DNA of 52,725 bases, from the NCBI GenBank assembly GCA_000388065.2, contig KB932214.1; one strand, 5' to 3'. A program made the translations under genes and the position numbers. The stretch comes from Fonticula alba ATCC 38817. Its lineage: Eukaryota > Protista > Nucleariida. Under the pieces are notes generated by a model. The model ran no database searches, had not been told where the DNA came from, and saw only the letters and a list, made by a program, of their open reading frames with translations. The stretch's first letter is position 1, and each line of letters begins with the position of its first letter. Below, one piece after another: positions 25,601 to 34,360 of the stretch.

Positions 25601-28600
25601 CCTTCTCGCTGTTCCTGGTGACCCGCGACTCGAGTGCCCTCTTTGGGCCGGATCTCTGCTCGCGGGTGACCTTCGTCAACTTCACCGTGACTCGGGCTTC
25701 ATTGCAGAGCCAGTGCCTGTATAGTGTGCTGCGCGCGGAGCGGCCGGACATCGAGCAGAAGCGCACGGATCTGCTGCGCATGCAGGGCGAGCTGCAGACT
25801 CGTTTGCGGCACCTGGAGCGGGCCCTGCTGGAGGCCCTCAATGCGGCCGAGGGGTCGATCCTGGAGAGTGACTCGGTCATCACCACGATGGAGGCCCTCA
25901 AGCGGGAGGCGAGCGAAATCGCCGGGCGCATTTCCGAGACCGATTCCATGCGCGATGAGGTGGAGGCCGTGACGGCCGAGTATACCCCCTTCGCGGCGGC
26001 CTGCTCGGCGGTCTTCTTCACCATGGAGCAGCTGAACCAGCTGCATCCGTTCTACCAATTCTCGCTGGACATGTTCATGGAGATCTTCAACCATGTGTTG
26101 GCCAGTGTCGGCCCGGCGGCGGCTACTGCTGTTGCTAGCACGGGCACCGGGCAGGATGCGCCGGCTGCGCGTCTGGCCCGGCTGACGGAGCAGCTCTTCC
26201 GGACGGCCTTCCGCCGGCTGTCGTCGGCCCTGCTGCACAGCGACCAGCTGACCTTGGCCATGCTCCTGGCGCGGCCCTTCGCCCGGGCCACGGGCCAATC
26301 GCTGGATGAGGATCTGTATGACTTCCTGATTCGGAATGTGACGGCCGCTGCCGGGGCCGGTGCTTCGGCCGGTGCGGACACCGGGTCGTCCTCGGCCGGC
26401 GGGCTGGTGTCCTCGCTGGAGGCGCGCCTGGATGGGGCGGCGCGTGGCCTGGTGGCCACCTTGGGGCTGGCGCCCTCGTCGGATCGGCTGGCGCAGCTGC
26501 GCGAGTTGCTGGCCCTGCCGGCCTTCGCCGGGCTGCCGGCCAGTGTCACCGCCGACCCCGAAGCCTGGGGCGCCTTTGTGCGTGGTGCCGGTGCGCCGGA
26601 GGTGGCGGTGCCGGCCGGGGCCTGGGACCTCGGGGCGGCCAGCCCGGATGCGTCGGCCGAGGAGCCGCTGCCGGCCAGGCAGGCCGCCGTGGTGGAGGCC
26701 CTGCTGGCGGCGGTGCTGGTGAAGGTCCTTCGTCCGGACCGGGTGTCGCCGGCGTTGGAGCGCTTCTGCGGGCTGCTGTTCGGGGAGCACTTCCTCCAGC
26801 AGCCGGAGCAGCAGGCTCGCCTGCAGGAGGTGGTCCTGCGGGAGGTGACCGCTCGGACGCCGGTGGCCCTGTGCTCGGTGCCGGGGTTGGATGCCTCCTT
26901 CCGGGCGGAGCAGCTGGCACGCGACCTGAAGCGCCCGCTGCGGGCCATTGCCATCGGCTCGCCGGAGGGCTTTGCCCAATCGGATCAGGCCATTTTGGCG
27001 GCGGTCAAGGCCGGCACGTGGGTCCTGCTGAAGAATGTGCACCTGGCGCCGCAGTGGCTGTCGCAATTGGAGAAGCGCCTGCATGCGCTGACGCCGCATG
27101 CGGACTTCCGGCTGTTCATGACCATCGAGGTGGTGCCGCAAATCCCGGCATCCATCCTGCGCCTGTCGCGCATCTTCATGTACGAGCGGCCGCCCGGCAT
27201 GAAGGCCAACATTTTGGAGACGCTGGCGGACTTGCCGGCCGAGCGCATCGGCCAGCAGCCGGTCGAGCGTGCCCGGCTGTTCTTCCTGCTGGCCTGGGTC
27301 CATGCCATCATCCAGGAGCGCTTGCGGTACGCGCCGATCGGCTGGACCACGGCCTACGAGTTCAATGACGCCGATCGCCGGTGTGCCTTCGATGTGATCG
27401 ATGGGTGGGTGGATCGCGTGGCGCAGGGTGTCCGGACCAACATCTCGCCGGAGTCCATCCCCTGGAGTGCGTTGCGCACGATCCTGGCCGAGTCGGTGTA
27501 TGGCGGTCGTGTGGACAATGACTTCGATCAGCGCACCCTGGCGGCCTTCATTCGGCAGGTCCTCTCGGCGGCTTCCTACGATCCGGAGTACATGCTGGTG
27601 GCGGCCGGGCATGAGGGGGCGACCGCGGGCGACATGGGCCCCGGGGAGGATGCCTCCTCGGTGGCCGGGCTGCGCGCGCCCACCGGCACCACCATGCAAG
27701 CCTTCCTTGGCTGGGTGTCCGAGCTGCCGGACCGCCAGCCCCCGACGTGGCTCGGTCTGCCGGCCGACGCGGACAACCTCCTGCTGACGCAGGTGGGTGG
27801 CCAGCTGCTGGGCAAGCTCCGTGCCATGGGCGGCTTGGATGAGGATGACGAGGCCCTGGAGACGGTGGACGACATGCTGGCGGCGGCCACGGCGGCCGCT
27901 GGCCATGTGGCTGCCGGATCGACCGAGGCCGGGCTGGATGCCTCGCTGCCGGGCTGGATGCGTGCGATTGCCGGTCGTGCGCAAACCTGGCTCGGGGTGC
28001 TGCCGGAGGCCATTGCCCCGGTCGATCGGACCGCCGGGAATGGGCCCATCTTCCGGTGCCTGGAGCGTGAAGTGCGCAATGGCAGCCGGCTGTTGCGCAC
28101 GGTGCGCGGCGATCTGGCGGAGCTTGTGGCCATTGTGGCCGGCACCGCCAAGCAGACCAACCACTCGCGGTCGCTGCTGCGGGACTTCTCGCGGGATGCG
28201 GTGCCGGCGTCGTGGCGGCGGTTCCACACCTCGCCGCCGGGCATCTCCCTGGATGCCTGGCTCGGGGACTTTGCCCGTCGTTGCGGGCAGTTCATTGCCC
28301 TGGCTGGGAGCCCGGCGGCCTGGAGCGGCAATGGCGGCTCGGCTGGTGGGGATGCCTCGGGCTTCCCCATCTGGCTGGGTGGCCTGCTGGCGCCGGAGGC
28401 CTTCCTGACTGCCTCGCAGCAGGCCGTGGCCCAGGCCCGGGGCTGGTCGCTGGAGGAGCTGCAGCTGTCGTTGGAGTTCCTGCCCGAGGCCGAGGGGACC
28501 TCGGCTGCCGGGGAGGATGTGGCGGCGGCGGCGGCTGCTGCGCGCGCACGCGATCTGGCCTCGCCCGGGACCTTCCTCCTGTCGGGCATTCGTCTGGAGT

Positions 28601-28857
28601 GTGCGGTGGTGGCGGCGGCCGGCACCGGCCAGGTGGTTCCTGGCCCCTCGCACGGGGCGGCCATTGGCCTTGTCCGGCTGTGCTGGCACCAGCGCGCCGG
28701 CGTGGTCCTGCCGGCCGATGCCATTCAGCTGCCGGTGTACCTGAACTCGGCGCGCAAGCAGCTTCTCTTCTCCACCTGGCTGTCGTCCAGCATGACGGCG
28801 CCGGTGGCCTACCAGCGCGGTGTGGCGCTCACCTGCTCCGATGTCAAGTCCACCTAG
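12767..28857 (+). CDS. DYNC1H1: Cytoplasmic dynein-1 heavy chain, 3 exons, about 5013 aa
   Basis: Exons 12767-13079, 13798-14574, 14906-28857 join in phase (15042 nt). P-loops are AAA1 GPAGTGKT (20218-20241), AAA2 GPAATGKS (21142-21165), AAA3 GPPGSGKT (22282-22305) and AAA4 GVSGAGKT (23341-23364). Other motifs are WGCFDEFNRL, RFYFVGDEDLLEIIGN, the stalk/MTBD IKKSQLTEIRSLPNPPKAV and the tail SPYEMLHSYIHNAVSPYF. The start could instead be ATG 12797. Both introns contain N-gaps. Confidence 0.96.
13384..13640 (+). repeat. Copy B of the ~240-nt direct repeat, inside dynein intron 1
   Basis: Starts right after N-gap 13151-13380 and matches 12278-12530. Confidence 0.9.
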
Positions 28858-29075
28858 TGTGCTTCCTGCGGCCTGCCTCCTTTTCGGCCCGATCCCTTGC
28901 AAATAACATCTTCTTTTGCCTCCGGCCGGTGTTTCATTTGTTTTCCTGCTGGCTGGGGTCTATTCTTTTTTCTTTTCTCTTTTTTCCGGCGGCGCCCCCG
29001 CACACGCCGTAGGGGTGGCTGGGAGGGGCAGGTGCGGGAACCTGCGGCACATGTCCTGTGCCGATACGTACACAC

Positions 29076-29230
29076 GCACAGTCGCACAGTCGGGTCGCAC
29101 AGTCGGGTCGCACAGTCGGGTCGCACAGTCGCACAATTGCAGAGTCGCACAGTCGCACAATCGCACAATCGCACAATCGCACAATCGCACAATCGCACAA
29201 TCGCACACACACACACACACACACACACAT
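29076..29230. repeat. Compound minisatellite: 13-mer GTCGCACAGTCGG x3, 8-mers GTCGCACA and ATCGCACA x6, then (CA)n
   Basis: Read directly. It lies between the dynein stop codon and the Hook-domain gene stop codon. Confidence 0.9.
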
Positions 29231-29438
29231 ACAAGTACACACGCACACACAGACAGACAGCGAAAGGGAATGCATGGACATTGCCCAGGGCGCAGTGTGG
29301 GAGCCAGGTCACACGCTGCATGGTCCCCGGGGCCGAGATCACGGCCCACGCTTGCACCCTCGCGCGGGGCGCGCCTGACAGCCGATGCCGGTGTGCGAGG
29401 AAAGCAAGTTTATTCCGCATGGGGGTGTGGGGAAACAT

Positions 29439-32400
29439 CTATTGCGACAGGGCGGGGTCGCGGCGCTTCTTTTTCACCGAGATGGAGATCCTCTTCTTCC
29501 AGGAGAGGGCGGGGTCCATTTCCGGGGCCGAGGTGGCCGGGTTTTCGGCACTGGCATGCAGTCCACCGGGCGGGGGGGACACGGTGCCGAGGCCGAGGCT
29601 GGCACTGGCCGCGCTGCTGACACTACCACGCCGGTCCTGCCGGCCATGATCGCCCCCCTCGGCGCCGGTGTGGGCAACGTCAAAGTCGGCCTCGCGGTCG
29701 TGCAGGAAGGAACACGGCGGCGGCACGACCATGGCCGCGGTGGTGGACGGAGTAGTGGCCGATGGCCCCCCGGCCGGGATCCCGGCGAATCGCCCCTCGG
29801 AGGTGGGCTCCTCGATGATGGTGGTGTGCATGGAAGCCGCGGAGGAGTCCTCCGACATGCGCCGGGGCTCGGAGCTGGCGCCGGGCCAGCCGGAGCCCAT
29901 GGAGGTCCCGCCCGGAGGCGAGAAGGATCCCTCATTGAAGGAGGAGCGCGTGGATGACCGAGCCATGCTGAAAGACCAGTTGCCACTGCGCTTGCGTGAG
30001 CCGCCAGCTCCGCCGGAAGACGAGGACAAGGAGGAGGAGGAGGAGGAGGCGGGGTCCGTTGTGTCGCTCAGGCCGCGCGGGTGCACCGCGTAGCCGGCTC
30101 GCTCCTCGGGACCGGGGTCGCCCATGGGCAGGGCATTTTGCGTGTGCCCGGCCGCAAAGCCCCCATGCAGGTGATGCGAGCTGGCCGAGTGATTGCGCTT
30201 GAACCAGGGACCGGCCGATGGTTGGGGCTGCGGCTGGTGCAGGGCCGATCCGCTGCCGAGGGCCGAGCCCGGAGACGAGAGCGACGGCTGCGAATGGAAG
30301 ACCCCGGCCCCGTCCGGCCCGACATGATGATGGTGATGGTGGTGCTGGCGAAAGAAGCTGCCACTGGAGGAGCTACTCTTGCGGGAGGAAGGCTCCTCAT
30401 ACTGGTTGAAGGTGCCGCTGGAGTAGGAGCTCCCCGAGTGAGTCCGGGTGAGGGGCCGGCCACCGGCCGAGGGCCGGCCTGCATCCGGCACCGGTGTCCC
30501 AGCCGACGAGTGTTTCGAGGAAGAGGGGCGCAGGAGACTGGTGAAGCGCTTGGCCAGTGAGCCAGCCGAGCCGGTGGACATGCCGAGGAGCTTCTCCTTG
30601 CGGTATGCACGCTTGGGCTCCAGGCGCTCGGGGGTCTGGCGCAGAGCAGGGCATGCCAGAAGGTCGGGCATGAGCGGGAAAGAGAGCGGAGGAGGGAGGG
30701 GGGTCAGAGGGATACAGGGGCGGGGAGATGTGAGGAAGGACGCCTCGCCAGAGAGAGAGATGGGGGAGAGAGAGGGGGAGGGAGGAGGGGAGGGAAGAGA
30801 GAGGGGGAGGGAGAGAGGGGAGGGGAGAGAGATGGGGAGAAAGAAAGAAAGAGAGAGAGAAAGAAAGAAAGAGAGAGAAAGAAAGAAAGAGAGAGAAAGA
30901 AAGAAAGAGAGAGAAAGAAAGAAAGAGAGAGAAAGAAAGAAAGAGAGAGAAAGAGAGAGAGAAAGAAGGAAAGAGAGAGAGAAAGAAGGAAAGAGAGAGA
31001 GAAAGAAGGAAAGAGAGAGAGAAAGAAGGAAAGAGAGAGAGAANNNNNNNNNNNNNNNNNNNNNNNNNNNNNNNNNNNNNNNNNNNNNNNNNNNNNNNNN
31101 NNNNNNNNNNNNNNNNNNNNNNNNNNNNNNNNNNNNNNNNNNNNNNNNNNNNNNNNNNNNNNNNNNNNNNNNNNNNNNNNNNNNNNNNNNNNNNNNNNNN
31201 NNNNNNNNNNNNNNNNNNNNNNNNNNNNNNNNNNNNNNNNNNNNNNNNNNNNNNNNNNNNNNNNNNNNNNNNNNNNNNNNNNNNNNNNNNNNNNNNNNNN
31301 NNNNNNNNNNNNNNNNNNNNNNNNNNNNNNNNNNNNNNNNNNNNNNNNNNNNNNNNNNNNNNNNNNNNNNNNNNNNNNNNNNNNNNNNNNNNNNNNNNNN
31401 NNNNNNNNNNNNNNNNNNNNNNNNNNNNNNNNNNNNNNNNNNNNNNNNNNNNNNNNNNNNNNNNNNNNNNNNNNNNNNNNNNNNNNNNNNNNNNNNNNNN
31501 NNNNNNNNNNNNNNNNNNNNNNNNNNNNNNNNNNNNNNNNNNNNNNNNNNNNNNNNNNNNNNNNNNNNNNNNNNNNNNNNNNNNNNNNNNNNNNNNNNNN
31601 NNNNNNNNNNNNNNNNNNNNNNNNNNNNNNNNNNNNNNNNNNNNNNNNNNNNNNNNNNNNNNNNNNNNNNNNNNNNNNNNNNNNNNNNNNNNNNNNNNNN
31701 NNNNNNNNNNNNNNNNNNNNNNNNNNNNNNNNNNNNNNNNNNNNNNNNNNNNNNNNNNNNNNNNNNNNNNNNNNNNNNNNNNNNNNNNNNNNNNNNNNNN
31801 NNNNNNNNNNNNNNNNNNNNNNNNNNNNNNNNNNNNNNNNNNNNNNNNNNNNNGGGGGGGGGGGCGGGAGGCGAGACCGAGGGAGAGAGAGAGAGAAGGA
31901 AAAAAGGGCGACTGGCGGGGAAGCGCACGTTCGGCCGGGGTGGTGGGAGTGGAATCGGCGTGCTGCCGGGGCTGGGAAATAACACAAGAGAGGACCAGGA
32001 GGCAGATCTTCCGGAGCTCGGTGATGCCGGCATACTTGTCGGCGAAGTGGCCTCCGCGGATCCCGGCACCAGGGCTGGAGCCGGGACCCGTGCGCGGCTG
32101 CATTTTCAGCGAGAGGCGCCGCGCAAGGGCGCTTTTTTCGGACTGCTCGGTCACAAGGTGCGAGTGGGGAGCAAACTTCGACCACCAGTCGGGGTAGGTG
32201 GCAAGCCGAGAGGCCAGCACCAGATCCGGCTCCCAAGGGAGTCGCCGACCGAGCACGTCATTGAAGTACGATCGGACGGACTTCATGACACTGTGGGAAG
32301 GTCAGAGAGAGAGAGAGAGTATGTGTGTGTGTGTGTGTGTGTGAGTGTGTGTGGGTGTGTGAGTGTGTGTGGGTGTGTGTGTGGGTGAGGGTGTGTGTCT

Positions 32401-32918
32401 GTGTCGGGACCGAAGGGACGGGCGGGAGGGGGCCGAAAGGGGCTGGAGAGGATCGCGTCGGCAACGGCAACAGATCCGTGCATACCTGAGGAGGTTGTAG
32501 AAAAAGAGAATCCAATCGGTGGACGAGGAGAAGTCCCCGGTCAGAGACAGGGACGAGGCCTGGCCCATTGTGGGTGCCAGGGATCGGGGATCCTCCAGAA
32601 GATCGATTTGGTGTGCTGGATGGCTGGGCGATTCGGGGGGCGGGGCGGGGGCGGGGGAGGATCAGAGGCTGGAAGCGGGCAAAGCGGCGTCGCGCCACCT
32701 GCAGACGGAGTCGAGGCACGGGGAGCACGGGCAGCGCACAGCTCGGTCATGGCAGCGGCCAGGGCGTGGCCATTGGAAAGGGCCAGGAATCGGCGAAGGT
32801 CCCCCTCGGCCTCATTGAACAGCAGGCCAGATGGCAAAACCGAGGACTTGGGGAAGGAGTCGAGCCAGCTCTCCAGCGCCAAGAGCTGGGTCAATTTGAG
32901 ATGCTGAAAGGAGGACAT
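29439..32918 (-). CDS. Protein with Hook-type calponin-homology N-terminal domain and Ser/Gly-rich disordered C-terminus; middle interrupted by an N-gap
   Basis: Exons (minus) 32699-32918, 32486-32615, 31929-32290 join in phase and give LALESWLDSF...LALSNGHALAAAMTEL...DWILFFYNLLSVMKSVRSYFNDVLGRRLPWEPDL...ITELRKICLLVLSCVI, which by eye aligns to the HOOK N-terminal domain. A terminal open segment 29439-30635 (399 codons) is Ser-rich. The phase mismatch across the gap (31044-31853) implies a missing exon or two separate genes. Confidence 0.6.
30838..31043. repeat. Purine-only GAAA/GA compound microsatellite running into an N-gap
   Basis: Repeated aaagaaagaaagagagag and gaaagaaggaaagagagaga units. 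Confidence 0.9.
31044..31853. other. Largest assembly gap (810 N). Other gaps: 2148-2304, 13151-13380, 14645-14884, 35510-35613, 38926-39270, 39883-40239, 42495-42689, 51898-51922
   Basis: N runs, almost all abutting poly-C/G or dinucleotide repeats. Gap sizes are assembler estimates. Confidence 0.98.
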
Positions 32919-33122
32919 GGCGCTTGATGGGGGGGAGGGGGGGGGGGAGGAGAGAGTGGGGCGAAGGTTGGACCGGCCTGCGAACGTCGGGTTGAGGGGA
33001 GGGAGAGGGGGAGAGGGAGGGCCGTGCCCCGGGCGGGGAGGAGATGTGGTGGTCCAGGCTCGGGCGGCCCTGATCGCGCGCGAGGGAGGGGGCGGGAGCC
33101 AGGGGCGTGGAAGCAGCGACAG

Positions 33123-33180
33123 GAGGGGGCGGCGGAGCGAGGGGGCGGCGGAGCGAGGGGGCGGCGGAGCGAGGGGGCGG
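33123..33180. repeat. 16-nt tandem repeat GAGGGGGCGGCGGAGC, about 3.6 copies, upstream of the Hook-domain gene
   Basis: Exact copies at 33123, 33139 and 33155, partial at 33171. Confidence 0.9.
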
Positions 33181-34328
33181 GGACGGAGGGATGGAGAGGG
33201 GTGGCGGGTGCCCAGGGCGGGGCCACCGGCGGGGGGTGCAAGAAAAAGCTCTGGCCTCGCAGTGCAGCGACTCCCCCTCGCGGATCCCACTGGCTGCTGC
33301 TAGTCAGACGGGCCGGGCCGGGCCGACGGTGGGGGAGGGCCGCGGAGAGTGAGGCCGGGGGCCGTGTTGCGACCCCGAGTCGGATCGTGGGCCCGGTGCC
33401 GGAGGGCGGCCCGGCCGAGAGTCGGGCGAGGGAGACACCGCGGGGCCGGCCCCGCGGCCGAGACGCGAGCGGCGCCCCGGCCCGGGTGGCAACATTAGTC
33501 TGCCCTCCGGACGTGGCTTCTCCCCCATCCCGAGGGGGGCGGCCCCCGCACATGGCGGTCCGAAATGAGCCGGCAGGGGCAGGAGGGCCTCCCCGAGGAC
33601 GGGGCAACCGACGGGCGGGAACCCCCCCCCCCCCCCCCTGCAGACCGAAGAGCGAAGTGCGAGGAGGGGTGGCCCATCGCCCTGGGGCGCCGGTCCCGAG
33701 GGCCAATGCACAGGCGCAAGCGGGCGGCGCCACAAATCCCACCCCCCCTCCTCGCCCCCTCGCCCTTGTAAATGCACACGCGCTCGCACGCACCCTGGGG
33801 CTTGGGGACAATCTCCATTTTCGGGGGGGGGGGGGGGGGGGGGGCGCGAACAGGGCCCAAGTGTGACATCCCCTCTGATCTCGCCGCCAGCGGCGCCTGG
33901 GCGCTTGCCTACGGGCCAACCGGCCGACGGCTGCCTGGGGGCCCGGTCGGTGCCGGAGGCGAGGCAGGCCCGCGCGCGGGTGTTGGAAGAGGGGATCGGT
34001 CGGCCCCCCGGGAAGGGGGCCCCGGGCGGCAACATGGCCCAGGCCGGATGAAAAAGCGATCGGCGCCCCGGCTTTGTCGGATATTGGAAAACGACCGCCG
34101 CCGTCATCTGTCCTTGTGGCGGGGAGCAAGGGCACGGCCTCCGGCCGGCCGGGCCGCCGGCCAGCGGCCGGACACAACATGACGGAGAAGACCGCCGGCG
34201 AGATGTGCGCAGCCCTGTTGTGCGAGTCGTCGCCAAATCAATGGCCCGGGGGGGCCGGGCTCTCGGGCCGAATGCCGGTGCGAAACTGTCCATTTCACGC
34301 CTGCCCCGGGCCCCTTGCGCCCCCGCCC

Positions 34329-34360
<32 letters not shown>

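Noticed and set aside
15427-28902. Huge antisense ORFs (1697, 1614 and 1067 aa) over the dynein exon
   Set aside because: These are shadow frames. The sense gene rarely uses TTA/CTA/TCA codons, so the in-register antisense frame lacks stops. The translations are Q/H/G/R-biased and carry no recognisable motifs.
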